From positions 57,739,357 through 57,803,356 of the forward strand of contig NC_068984.1 in assembly GCF_001194135.2 (NCBI RefSeq): a stretch of DNA of 64,000 nucleotides. Direction: 5' to 3'. How positions within the stretch are numbered: the first letter of the stretch is position 1; the number at the start of each line of letters is the position of its first letter. The stretch comes from Octopus bimaculoides. Its lineage: Eukaryota. Of this stretch, positions 36,795-50,387 are shown in pieces. The notes beneath the pieces are model-generated. The model had not been told where the DNA came from. It did no database searches and was given only the letters and a program-made list of their open reading frames with translations. Position numbers and translations under genes: made by a program.

Positions 36795-38503
36795 TGATGG
36801 TTTCAAATTTAAGCACAAGGGCAGCGATTCGGGTAAGTGGGTAAGTCGATTACATCGATCCCAGTGCTCAACAGGTACTTATTTTATCAACCCCGAAAGG
36901 ATGAAAGGCAAAGTCGACCTCGCGGAATTTGAACTCAGAATGTAAAGGCAGACGAAATGCTACTTGGCATTCTATCTGGCGCGTTAACGATTCTGCCTGT
37001 TCGCCGCCTTAAGTTAGACCTAACTTTAATGCGCTAAAAACTTTTTTCCTGGATAAGCTCTGCTCAGATTGAAGTGTGTCTTTTATGTCATCAAATACGG
37101 TATTTATTAAAATAAGAGAAACTCCCATACAATAGAAAGAAATTACCTAATGCGCCAAAACCTTTGGAAGGGTTTCCAAAGTTCTTCGGAATTTGTATGT
37201 TTTTAGCTTTGCATATTATGAATAAAAAAAAAAAGAAAAAGGATGAGAAAGGTTGTCTGCCTCTCCACCGTGTAACTTTTCAAATTTAAATCACTTTGTT
37301 CTTCTTCCTCTCCTCCTTTGTCTCCTCTTCCTTCTTCAGATTTACGTATAAACATTTGAGATTAGGATTTTTCAAAATTGTTGCATAACGTAATCCCGAC
37401 AAAAAATTTTGAAGATGTCAAAACGGAAAATTTACAACAGAAAAGCAAAAAATTAACCCCTCCTAAGTTTTTTTGTTTTTTTTCCTAACTCCGAAATTCG
37501 TAATGTCTAAAACATACAAATCGGTGAGCTGACAGAATCGTTAGCACACCGGGCAAAATGCTTAGCGATATTTCGTCCGTCTTTGCATTCTGAGTTCAGC
37601 CGACTTAGCCTTTAGTCCTCTGTGGATCGATAAAATAAGAATCAGTTGAGCACTGGGGTCGATGTAGTCGACTTACCTCCTCCCGCAAAAATTCCAGACC
37701 TTGTGCCTGTAGTAGAAAGGAATGTTTTGAGATGATATTTTCTTTTGCGATGGTGGGCGGGTAGCTGTGTGTGTGTGTGTAGTTTACTTCGCAACCATAA
37801 GGTCTCCGGTTCGAACCCTTGACTTGGTACCTTAGGCAATTGCCATTTTCTCAGGTTAACAGATACTTTCTGAGTTGTACAACTTGATTCTGCCTGAAGG
37901 ATTGCGTCAAGGGTGTACATATCTGTGGAATGCTCATCCACTTTGGCATCAATTCAGATTGAACAACTGAATCCTCATTGTCGAACAGCCGGAGGTCCAC
38001 GACCCAGAATTTCTTGATATGAATGTTTGCAGTAATTCAGTGAAAAAAGACATGATTTACAAAAGTAAACAGTAAAAAAATGGAGAGAGAAATAATAAAG
38101 TCAGTAAATACATTATCAGCATATAGTGCAGACGTGGCTGTATTGTAAAAAGCTTGCTTTTCAACCACATGGTTCCGGGTTCGGTCTAACTGCGTGGTAT
38201 CTTGTGCAAGTGGTCTTCTACTATAGCCTCTTACTGACCAAAGCCTTGTGAGTGGACTTGGTAGATGGAAACTGAAAGAAGCTTGTCATGCGTGTGTTTG
38301 TCCTTGTTCCCCACTACCGCTTCACAGCCGGTATTGGTGTGTTTACGTCCCCGTAACTTAGCGGTTCGGCAAAGAGGCCGATAGAGTAAATACCAGGCTT
38401 AACAAAAAAATAAGTACTGGGGTTCATTCATTCGACTAAAAATTCGTCAAGGTGGTGCCCCAGTATGACCGCACTCTGATGACTGAAACAAGCAAAATAT
38501 AAA
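36795..38503. mobile_element. SINE group: B(-) 36795-37010, B(+) 37521-37722, degraded C(+) about 37750-38000, A(+) 38126-38503
   Basis: Direct similarity to the other copies in the window. Confidence 0.75.
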
Positions 38504-40589
38504 GATGGCAGAGTTAAAAAGTCACGCCAGGTGGAAACTGGTGTTTCCATCACCACCACCTGGATGAGTCGATTCATATCTTCATCATATCTATTGTATC
38601 CAGTAATGGTGATATTGGATCATGTCTTTAGAAATAGATACCCATAAACACCACCTGTTATCAAAGAACCAAAATATATTTTTTAGTCCAAGGGAGATAA
38701 ATCTAACTTAGCAACCGGGATTATCCTACTTATTGTTCCGATATGGTTTCTTAAATTGGCATTTAAATTTTAAAAACAAGATACTATATTTGTAATCAAC
38801 AACGATATCGAGATGTAAAACAATAAATGAGTCTGTTAGGAATCATTACAGTAGAATTGATCAGGGGTCAAACTTTAAGCTAAAGGCTTTATGTGTTTTT
38901 GAGTATATATTTACCTTAACTTGTCTAAAATATCATCCGTCATAAATTTTTTTTGTTTGTTTTTTGTTTTTTCCAGGATTTACCGTCACCAAAATCAAGG
39001 CGAATACAATTAAAGGTTGAGTCGATTCAGATCTTTAATAAATCTATTGTATCCAGTAATGGAGATGCCTTTAGGAATTAACAGTTTTCACGCCTTATTA
39101 AAACTTGTATGTATTAAATAAATGTTACCATTTTCATGTAACAATTATCATGCAAGCTCAGCATTTAAGAATATAGATAGTTATGAAAGTTTTTTATAAG
39201 TAAAAACGTATCTCAGCCTTAAAGTAGAATATTTACTTCTTCATATGCTGAAATTATCTTCCAAATAGTTTTCTTTACGGTTCACATGTAAATTCATTTT
39301 AGAACAATCTTTCCATTCTTCAGTATATGGAAAAGAACTTTGCGTTTTTCTTTTAAAATAAACTCTGAGCTAGTACTTCTTTTTTTTTTTCTTTTTTTTT
39401 TCATCAACTCTCAGGGAAAGAAATCACATTATTACATCACATCTACTCACTGATATGGCACAGCTAAAACCTTTGCAATCTTTGTATTAAGTTTATGTTC
39501 TTCTAAGCTCATCATAATTATGTGTCACCTTCACTTACTTCTGCTTGATGCACCTATCTCTCATCCCAACATTATTTCCAGATTCAAAACACTTTTCTCA
39601 ATCTTACTTCTCCAGAGCCTTACCCTTCTAGAACTCCTCTTTTATTTATGTTTTCCCAAATACAAAACTTTAACAATTCAAAGTGAATATATCATCTAGA
39701 TATACCACAGGGAATGTCTTTCAAGTTTTAATGAGTTTATAGCAAGACCAATTTTTATTATGGCATATTGAAGACGATCAACCTTTTATAGGCTCAGCAT
39801 AATAATCTGTAATGGTTGGTTGTCTTACCTATCATGTGAGTTCTGAACATTGGTTGAGTATTACACGGAATTTGGATCACGGATCCAATTACGTTGTGCA
39901 TAATACATTCTCAAACAACTAATCTGAATGTGCTCTGGAGCCTACCCTTTTTCTATAAATTGGTGTAACAAATCATCTATGAGCATAGGGAAAAGTTAAT
40001 TTCTTGTATTATTTCCTCAAATGAACACGCAACATATTATATAATGGTATGCAAAATTTCACAGTAAAACCAAACGAGATGTTATTCTGCGCTGTTAAAA
40101 GTTATTGAAACATCACTGAAGATTGTATTCAGCTAACGTGTTGGGAAAAGTCAGCCTAATAGAACCCATTCCTCTCTAACATGTTTATTAAGGTTGGATA
40201 TTAAAATCACAAGGTGAGAGTGAAATGAAATCACTTAACTTTGTCAAGAACCTGTGTCACACACTCCTTTGAAGTTTATTATCTACATTTACAAATGTTC
40301 CAGTTTAGAAGAGTCCATAAAACTATGGCTACCAACTATTTTTTCTCAAGTTAACTAAAATATTCAATGTTAATGCATACAACAGTGTAGGCAGCCATCA
40401 CTCGTGAATGAAACCATAGTACATGCTACCAACTTATTCACAAATGATGACTGGTTAACATGTACCACGGTTTGGAAATTCTTTTACGTGCCTATGAAGT
40501 TGCAAGCAGATATAACCTCCTCTGCTCTTCATCTTTGGCCCAACAGAACATCCAGGATGTGACAGTAGAGAAATAGAGGGATGCACTAG

Positions 40590-40740
40590 CACTCAGCTGG
40601 AACTCATTTCAGTTGAGTAGACTGGAACAATGTGAAAAAGAAGTGCCTTGCTCAAGGACACAATGCACCACTCAATCCTGGAACTGAACCCATGTCCTTA
40701 TGATTATGTGACAAACACCCTAACCATCATGCCATATGCC
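40590..40740 (-). mobile_element. Older CORE-type SINE fragment
   Basis: aagtgccttgctcaaggacacaa...ggaactgaaccc...accctaaccat is the reverse complement of a tRNA head plus a CORE-like segment. Confidence 0.55.
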
Positions 40741-41217
40741 TTCACTGCATACAATTGAAAAGCAAAAAATGTAGCACCAACTTGGCTGGCAAACATGACC
40801 TAAGCATTTGAATATGTAAGTCACCTAGCTATAAAATGGTACCATGGGTGGGTATATCCTACCATTATAAGCAGCATTAGAACTGTATAGTTAATTTTTT
40901 CTCAGCTTTGCAATGCTACATTCAATCCTACTGTGGACCAGAATAATGATAGAAGCATTAATATTGTTTCCCTATCAGTATCATATCAAAGTGATAATGA
41001 CTTCTTACATATGAACAATACCTCAAATATGTAAGAAAAATTTCAGTTAATTTAATGCACATGAATACATGGATGACATAATATTCTATTAACCTTGAAG
41101 ATATGTGAGTTGAACTCAAATATACAGTAATTACAAGTCATGTAAGATATTTTAGTCTTGTTTACTCTTGTTTCATGCTGTAATAATAATGTCTAACTTC
41201 ATGCTGTAATAATGTCA

Positions 41218-44090
41218 ATAACAATGGTTTCTAATTTAGGTACAAGGCCAGCAGTCAACCACAGTACTTAACTGTTACTTTGTTTTATGAACCCTAGAGA
41301 GTTGAAAAGCAAAAGTTGGCCTTGGCTGGAGGTAAGCTCAGAATGTAAAGAGCAGGAAAAAAAACTTGCAAAACATTTTTACCAAAGCTCTAATGATTCT
41401 TGCAATTCACTGCCTTCATAATACTGTCAAATCCTTTTCAAGACAGCTCATCTGCCACTGGCTTTCTTCTGGCACCCAGCTCTTGCATGTAGCTCTATAA
41501 ACTGTATACAGCAGTGTTCCACCTTTTGGGCAATGATTGAGAGTAGTCAATGGTTTTTCTGGCACTCAGAGAAATTCTGTCAGTGATCAGGTTGTGGTGA
41601 ACAGGAAGATGATACTGAGCAAAACTCTTGGGTATATATCTCAGAGCATGACAAGCTATGCAGATTATTGAGATTATCCCACTGCATCCTTGATATACTT
41701 CCAGCTATCTTTGTCTGCCTGCCACTGATTCAAGAAGTCATGGAGGAGAAAGTGATACTGGTCATCTAGCACAGCTCTCCATCTCTAAATGTTTAGTGCA
41801 ATTTCTTCAAACCACAGATGACAGACCTTTCATTGTGGTGGTCATGGTATCATGTCTCTACAACAATGAAATTATTTTCACTTCCATAGTTTCATTGCAT
41901 AGAAGATGTGGTATAGGCAGAAGTGGTCATAGGTCTCTGCTTACTTGTATGGCTACATACTCCATTCTTCATACTCTTAAAGAAGTTATGTTGATGTACA
42001 AGATGAGCCTTGGCCATCTACAAAAACCAAAGAGGGACAGGATAATAATCCTTTCTGCTATAGGCACAAGACCTGAAATTTTAGTGGGATGGGGGCTAAT
42101 CAATTATATTGACCCCAGTACTTGACTGGTGCATATTTGATTGAAGCATTTTGTCCAGCATGCTAACAGTTCTGAAAACTCACCACTTTAGAGGAACAAG
42201 ACAATAATAATAATGGTTTCAAATGTTGGCACAAGGTCAGTAATTTTGGGGGTGCAGCTAAGTTGGTGACATCAACCCCAGCACTCAGCTGGTACTTATT
42301 TTATCAACCCCGAAAGGATGAAAAGCAAAGACAACCTTGGTATAATTAGAACTCAGAACATAAGGATGAACGAAATGCCACTAAGCATTTTGTCCAGCAA
42401 GCCAACAATTCTACTAGTTCGCCATCTTACAAGATAATAAAGATAATTATTATACAGCTCTCTCACCTCACAGGCCATTCACCAATACTTTCCAACATGA
42501 TTGTAATTTACTTTCATTATATCTGACACTGGAATCAACTTCCTATGCATTTCTGTCATTATCAACATCTATTTATGAAAAAGAGAGATAATCTCAAGAC
42601 CCTAGAATTCTCCAAAGTTGACATGCCACTAAAGAAAAGAACAGGTTTGTTATCTAGAGATAGGAGAATAATTGTGGACATGCATTTCTATCTCAATAGG
42701 CATCATCAGCTCAACAACTGTTCTACTCTACAGACTTATACAAAAAGAATAGAACACATTTATAGGCTAGGTAATTTGCATAAATTAAACTAAAATGAGT
42801 TTAAGAGAAATAACTCAAAGTGGCCAGTGGCATGTATATGAACAGCATTGGTAAATACATGTATATCAAACACCATACAACATAAATTCACACACATGCC
42901 TATAGATGTATATATAGTTTTTACTAGTTACTATGCTATCAGGTTTCAACCTATTCAAGATGAAATAGAGCCTTCAGCACAAGCCTACTACAACAATCAC
43001 ATTGATATGCTCAACAACTTCTCCTCCCCTTCTAAATATACGTTGTAATAGGGGTTGTCTCCCTTCCTCCCCTCCCTCTAACAGATGTTTTGATGGACAG
43101 ACAGATCAGCTTCTCTTATAATGTGCTAGCTCAAAAACTGTATTCCGTACAGACTTTTAGGCTTGCTCCTGTGGAAGGCTAACTGGGCCTGAGATAAATT
43201 CATATACATATATGAATAATAATCTTTTCTGCTATAGGGACAAGGTGTGAAATTTAGAGGAAGAGGAAACTTGATTACATCAGACCCAGGGCTCAACTGG
43301 TACCTGTTTTATCAACCCTGAAAAGATAAAAGGTAAATTCAACCTTGGTGGAATTTGAATTCAGAATGTAAAGATGGAAGAAATGCTACTAAGCATTTTG
43401 TCCAGCATGTTAATAATTCAGCCAGCTTGCCACACCTTACATATATAAATAATAATAATCGTTTCAAGGTGGTGAGCTTGCAGAATAATTAGCATGCTGG
43501 GCAAAATACTTAGCAGCATTTCATCCATCTTTATGTTATGAGTTCAAATTCCACCAAGGTTCACTTTGCTTTTCATCCTTTTGGTGTTGGTGAAATAAGA
43601 ACCACTCAAACACTGGGGTAATCAACTTACCCAGTTCTCTGAAATTACTGGCCTTTTGCCAAAACTTGAAACCAATAATAATCTTTTCTACCGTAGGCAC
43701 AAGACCATAGTGATCAACTGATACTTATTCCCTCGATCCCGAAAGGATGAAAAGCATAGTCAACCTTAGTGGAATTTGAATTCAGAAAATAAAGTTGGAC
43801 AAAATGCCACTAAGCATTTTGTTCAACATGTTAATGATTCCACCAACCTGCTGCCTCACGTATGCAGATAATAATGGTTTCAATTTTTGGCACAAGGCCA
43901 GCAATTTTGAGGGAGGGAGCAAATTGATTATATTGACTCCAATGTTCAACTGGTGCTTATTTTATCAACCCTGAAAGGATGAAAGGCAAAAGTGACCTCA
44001 GAGGAATTTGAACTCAGAACATGAAGCCAGTAGAAATACCAATAAGCATTGTGTCTGGCACACTAATGATTCTGCCAGCTCACCACCTTA
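41218..44090. mobile_element. Cluster of about 7 family B SINEs in mixed orientation
   Basis: Approximate copies: 41218(-), 42045(-), 42205(-), 43215(-), 43462(+), 43678(-), 43872(-). Confidence 0.75.
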
Positions 44091-45290
44091 CATAAGTAAA
44101 TAGTAATAATAATAAAGATTATATGGCATCGATTTCCGTAGAATGAGGATATGGTAATGTTAACCAGCAGTTATTTGAAAAGTTTTGATATCTACTCATT
44201 GAGTAATATTTTGCTAACTAGGCTTATAGGTATCACAATTTGAGTCAAGCAAAAATATATAGTCAGCTATTATTTACTACCTTATATCTTATCTGTTTGA
44301 TTTGTTACTAAAATTATCCCAACTAACAAAAATTTTGCCACTTTTCAAGATGAGGTACATTAATTTGAATTAATTAAAATACAGGTATAATTGGTACAAG
44401 ATTTTATTCTTTCAGTAAATATTTCGTACCTCAGTGTGGAATAATTTTTTTTCCACAGTTTTTTTGGGTGCATTCAACATATCTGAACTCAAACCTGCCG
44501 CAAGCCACTTTTTTTCTGGAAAAGAAAGGTGGAAGGGGTGGTGGGGGCTTTGAAGTTTCCCACCAAGGGAGTTTTGTTTTGCAGGTTTTTTTTTTTTCTC
44601 AGGTTATTTTGCATGGTTTCAACAAATGTGACATCGAAATCATGTGTAAACAACTCCTTTTTCCAGAAAAGGAAAAATTTAGCTGCATTTCTAGCATGCC
44701 CTGCTACCATGAATCAGCTATTTGCATTCACACCGAAATATTTACCAACTTTTTCCTTCCATTTATTTTTTCCATTTTATGGAAGTCAATATTTTCTCTG
44801 TTGACATCCACCTCAGCAAGATCACGGATCAAGTGGAAACACATCAACTACTGTTCCCTCTTGACAGGACAAAGAAATTTCCCGCTGTCTTTCCAAGTAA
44901 CAAGTAGGTGGCTTTGGTTTTAAATCCAGGCAAAGCCAAATGAGATCCTACAAGTTATAATAATAAGTGGCGTTGTATCGGGGTTGAAAGAATGACACGT
45001 ACAATATTAAATATGCTAAGACAATCTGAAAACAATAGAAACTTTTAAATGTTTACCAGGTTTTATGAAATTTTGAGTTAACAGAAGTTAAATGTAATAG
45101 AAGTTAATTAGTCTGATAATGATTTTCAAACTTAACTTAAAAGTTAAATTGTTAACAAAAATGTTAACTTCGTTAATTAATGATTAACGGACTTACATCC
45201 AGCTCTGTATATATATATTATATTATATATATATTGTCAGTAGTTCATATATCCAAAAAAGAAGCACACATTAGAGCTGTAATACATTCT

Positions 45291-45444
45291 TTAGAAAGTT
45301 AAAGCTATGGCCGGTCATAAAGTGACTATTGCTTTCGCAACTATAAAGCACTTAGCAGTATAGGAGTTGTGTATACTGTTAAGTACTTTATAAATGTGAA
45401 ACTAATGGTCACTCTATGACCAGCCATAACATTTAACTTCTTGA
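45291..45444. repeat. Degenerate palindrome (arms about 72 bp, 9-nt loop)
   Basis: aaagttaaagctatggccggtcataaagtgac...cagtata versus tatactg...gtcactctatgaccagccataacatttaactt. Confidence 0.7.
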
Positions 45445-45475
45445 AAAAAAATATACATACATATATATATATATA

Positions 45476-46656
45476 TCAGGTCATCCCATAAGTTCTGTCC
45501 GAATTTTGAATAAAGAAAACAAGTGATCAAATGTTATATTTAAATTTAATTATCAATGTACTTTCCCTGATTATCTATGACTTCCTTCCATCTACTTACA
45601 GGCTTTTTAATCTCATCAATGTAAAACTCTTTTGGTTTCAAAGCGAAGAACTCTGAAATGTCAGTTTCAACCTCCTCCTGGCTTGCAAAAGTTATGTCCC
45701 CCAAATAATTCTGTAAACTACAAAACAAATGGTAGTCTGAAGGAGCAAGGTTGGGAGAATAAGGTGGGTCATGAATTTTTTCCTGACCAAGCTCTTTGAT
45801 CTTCTGTGATGTGATCTTTGCGGTGTGGGGTCGTGCATTGTCCTGATGAAACATCACTCCTTTTCAATTCACTAAAGCAGGTCTTTTTTTCTTCAAAGCT
45901 TGGTTCAAACGCTCTAATTGCCGACAGTAGACTTGAGCATTGATTGTTGCATTAGGTGGTAACAATTCAAAGTGAATTACTCCTTTACAATCCCACCAGA
46001 TAGAGAGAAGAACCTTTTTTCCATGAAGTTCCCTTCTTGGTTGGGGTTGAGNNNNNNNNNNNNNNNNNNNNNNNNNNNNNNNNNNNNNNNNNNNNNNNNN
46101 NNNNNNNNNNNNNNNNNNNNNNNNNNNNNNNNNNNNNNNNNNNNNNNNNNNNNNNNNNNNNNNNNNNNNNNNNNNNNNNNNNNNNNNNNNNNNNNNNNNN
46201 NNNNNNNNNNNNNNNNNNNNNNNNNNNNNNNNNNNNNNNNNNNNNNNNNNNNNNNNNNNNNNNNNNNNNNNNNNNNNNNNNNNNNNNNNNNNNNNNNNNN
46301 NNNNNNNNNNNNNNNNNNNNNNNNNNNNNNNNNNNNNNNNNNNNNNNNNNNNNNNNNNNNNNNNNNNNNNNNNNNNNNNNNNNNNNNNNNNTTCAAGTAA
46401 TGCCTCAAGAAGCTTATCATCAAACTCAACTGGACATCCTATTCGATCTTCAACTTCATTGGATACTTCCATGTTAGAAAGGGTTTTAATCAAAGAAATT
46501 TTAATTCTATTATTCTGTAAAATAATATTTAATTAGTTTAAATGTCCACAAATGCATAAAAATAATTTTTAATTCCATTAGACATTCTAAAATACTATTA
46601 GATTTCATTCAATTTTAAAAAAGGTAAAATTGGACAGAACTCATGGGATGACCTGA
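45476..46656 (-). mobile_element. mariner DD34D transposon spanning an assembly gap
   Basis: TIRs tcaggtcatccca(t/g)aagttctgtcc with TA flanks. Translation HGKKVLLSIWWDCKG...HQDNARPH...PYSPNLAPSDYHLF has 34 residues between the Asp residues. One in-frame TGA at 45864-66. Confidence 0.9.
46052..46391. other. Assembly gap (N run)
   Basis: Ns. Confidence 1.
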
Positions 46657-47939
46657 TATATATATATGCAAAATAGGATTATTTCTGTAAACATCACCTT
46701 GGCAAGGAATGAGCTGTTCAAAAACCAAGAAATAGCTCCCAAATCTCCCTCAGAAACAAAAAATAAGAGCTCAATGGCTAACAATGTCATCAATATAGAA
46801 AAGATAGAACGGTCAGGCTGACTGAGGTTAACCAACTACAGCAATTTCATTAATATCCACCACAATACTCAGGATATCTGCAAGCCTGTTGACCAACTAT
46901 TTAATGCATCTGACACCTCCACTGGCCACTTCCAGAGATGCTGTTCACATATTTTCATATACCCATGAATAAGCCAAGGAAGTTTCTTTAGCATTGCCGA
47001 GCTGGGTAGAAATAGCTGTCAAATTCATTCAAATGACTCCCTACTATCTTGAACAAAGGACACATTGGCCAGAGTATTCCTATATTAACAAAAACAAAAA
47101 AAAGAAATGATCAGAACTCAAGCATCTTTGATCATAGGATTGTTCAGTCAGATGTCACTTGTTTCTAACAGTAACAGTATACCCATAACATAAGTAACAT
47201 ATCCTTGTTTTGCACAGCTTCTCCAAAAAGCTTAAACAAACTTCCTTTTTCTGATTACTCTCCTTCCTGTTCTTAATGCTCCTTTCAATTACAAGCATTC
47301 AGGAGTATCCATAAGTTTCATGTTAGGAGAAAAAAAATACAGTTTAGCTTAAAGCTGTTGACTATGGTAGCTCCTACTAAAATTAGCATAATGCCTTGTT
47401 GATTAGAGAACCATCAAAATAACTACTTTGATATATTTAGACCTATTCCTTCAGCCATGAATATTTATCATATGGAAATAAAGTAAGATCAGCTAAGATA
47501 AGAATTTAATGCAAAATAGAAAGGCATAAAACTAAATATTGTATGACATTTAGTAAAAATAATGATAGGGAAAAAAATATTTCTTATATGTTCAAGTTGG
47601 TATAATCAATAGGGAATAAACCAGAATATTAACGATACTTATTTTATAAGTCTTAATGGAATTTAAAATCATAAGCTTAACCATCTCTGAAATTTTCTTT
47701 TATACTTTCTGATAAAACGTAAACCAATGGACATTTTATGAACCTGTTTTCGTATTAAATTTACTATGTTAAACATAATTTAGAATAAACATATAATTTC
47801 TTTAAAAAAAAAATCCCATGTAAAAGATTTATTTGACAACAATGGTAAATATAATCATATCTATAGATTTCTAATAGAGTAGAACTAGTAAAAAATAAAA
47901 TAAGCTCTTTTGTCAATTTCGATCTTCCATAGTTCTCAT

Positions 47940-48017
47940 AAACTTATCGTTAACACGTGATAGTTATTTTACCACTTGATAAGCGCCTCGTTGGGTTTTC
48001 TCTCGTTTTAGGTAAGT
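47940..48017 (+). promoter_or_regulatory. Candidate promoter and first non-coding exon of ZNF-B
   Basis: CpG patch with CACGTG and a consensus donor TTAG|GTAAGT at 48011/48012. It would pair with the acceptor ttttgctttgcag| at 50233. Confidence 0.55.
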
Positions 48018-48775
48018 AATGTTCCTGAAGATTTTATATTTTTTTACTACGATGATCATCTTCTTGACTAAAAGAGCAATCTATGCTGTTATGCACTCTA
48101 TCGCTTCATTAAGCAAAAGCAACTTAACTGATGTAAGAATACCAGCTTAATGTTGTGACTTCTGCAAAACTTGTTTATCCAACACGTTTTCTACTTTATA
48201 GAAAAGTAGAAACAACATTGTTAAAAGTTAAGAAAAACCTTTCGTGTGTGTACACCTTCATTCAATTGAAACATTTGTTTATTCATGATCAAGCACCATC
48301 GTCCATTATACGATCGAGCTTTTTATGTTGATGGTCAGTCGATTTCCCAACATTTCATTTCTACAAAACTATAGAATGTTAGCGTATTTTATCTTATATT
48401 TTGTTGTTAGCAGTATTTTGGCCCGTATATTCAGTTACTTAATGATATTTTGCTTTTGTATTATTGTAATTTTATTCTTTACCAATCATTTTTGTTTTTC
48501 GATACACCTCTTTATATTTTTTAGAACATGATGTTAACTTTATCTTATAAACACGCAATGTCTCCAATTATCAAAGTTTTAGAATATCATCGTGTTTATT
48601 TCCTCTATATATAAGTAATAATTTTACAAACCCCGAAGACAAGTTCGGTTCATAAAGCATTGTTCGGTTTATAAAGCATTGAGATAATCTTCCTCCCTCT
48701 TGGTAGGACACGTAACTTTTCATAGCTAGTTAAACCAAGTAAAGTAAAATTTTCTGGACAAAAAATGGTCCAGAT

Positions 48776-49138
48776 GGACTATATGTAATCTGAACCTTTC
48801 CCCCCTTATTTTTTTTTTTACGGAATCCCACGTTTTAGGCTATGGAAATTCCGATTCTGAAAAAAAATTTTCAAAAATCTCAATTTCGATCCCCCCCCAC
48901 CCCGGTTTTTATATAGATCCACAGGGTAAACCTAACCGTAACCCTAAACCTAACCCTAACACTAGTTTTGTGAGATTTGGCTGTTATTTCTAGCATGTAA
49001 ATAGCCTGGTTGGTGGGGGGGGGAATTGAAATGTTTCAAACAATTTTTTTTCAGAATCGGAATCTCCATAGCCTAAAACGTGGGATTCCGTAAAAAAAAT
49101 TAATAAGGGGGGGGGGAGGTTCAGATTACATATAGTCC
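48776..49138. mobile_element. Foldback MITE with TIRs of about 125 bp and a telomere-like core
   Basis: ggactatatgtaatctgaacct...cggaatcccacgttttaggctatgga.attccgattctg and its reverse complement. The loop contains aaacctaaccgtaaccctaaacctaaccctaac. No TSD seen. Confidence 0.85.
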
Positions 49139-49565
49139 GTTTCCGCCCCAAAAATAACTGAGTGATTTCAGATCTCTATGAACCAATTATCTAAGTAGGA
49201 TTATTACGGTTTTCACTGGGTTACAAGGTTGCACTTCTAAAATGTACGCAAGAAAATATCGCGGGACCCAATTTTGATCCATGTATTTTTGTGGCTTGCG
49301 ATCATTAAATAAATATTTTAGGGTCCGGTGCATTGATTTGCCCTGTGACCTATAATGCTTATCAGGCGGCCCTGCACCTAACTCTCAAATCCCCAAAGTA
49401 CATTTCTAACTATAAATAAGTATTGTAGAGTATAAGTTAGTGACTTTGGGAAAAAGTTACGAGTGTTTCAATCGATTGAAATCCGGAGTTCTCCTGCGAG
49501 GAGAGGAATGGGTTCCAAGTTGATTTGCTCCAATCATTATTGATGTTCTTATGACCCAAGGTAAT

Positions 49566-49890
49566 TGTTGGCACTCCGTCGCTTACGACGTCGAGGGTTC
49601 CAGTTGATCCGATCAACGGAACAACCTGCTCGTGAAATTAACGTGCAAGTGGCTGAGCACTCCACAGACACGTGTGCCCTTAACGTAGTTCTCGGGGATA
49701 TTCAGCGTGACACAGTGTGTCAAGGCTGACCCTTTGAATAACAGGCACAACAGAAACAGGAAGAAAGAGTGAGAGAAAGTTGTGGTGAAAGAGTACAGCA
49801 GGGTTCGTCACCATCCCCTACCGGAGCCTCGTGGAGCTCTAGGTGTTTTCGCTCAATAAACACTCACAACACCCGGTCTAGGAATCGAAA
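49566..49890 (-). mobile_element. SINE family C, 5'-truncated at the B box, 13-bp TSD
   Basis: TSD gacccaaggtaat at 49553-65 and 49891-903. CpG-rich, with a short tail ending ...gccaaca. Confidence 0.85.
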
Positions 49891-50387
49891 GACCCAAGGT
49901 AATGACAGTCATTTATTCTGTCAGATTACAATAAATAAATAAATAAAAACATTGTGGGACTAGAGCTACAAAACAATTCCTAGTTTGTTTTGTTTTTTTT
50001 CTCTCAAAACATTTCCTATTTTAGTAAAAAAAATTTGGGAAACTTTTTGTGAGATAAATATTTAGCTAGTTGAAATATATTTTAATGTTTACTATAGAAG
50101 AGCACAAAAATCTTGTATTATCATAATCTAACTGGAACATTAGAAAAAGCATTGAGCTACAATATAATTACACTTTATATATCTTTGATGTGCATATACA
50201 GCTGCTATCATTCATTTTAATTTTGCTTTGCAGGTTATATTTTTTGGAAAATGAAATTACCAGGAACTGTTCGAGATCAATTTAATTGCAATAATCTCAA
50301 TGATAAAAAACATTCATAATAATTTTCATTGAAGTTCATTTGAGAGAATTAAACCAAAGGGGAATTATTTAGAGTAATTTATAGGAA

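Noticed and set aside
44468-45210. 151-aa ORF and GTTAA-rich segment (possible hAT end)
   Set aside because: No matching second terminus, TSD or transposase motif identified.
45972-46477. ORFs containing X runs (also 54433-54840, 61184-61384)
   Set aside because: Created by N gaps.
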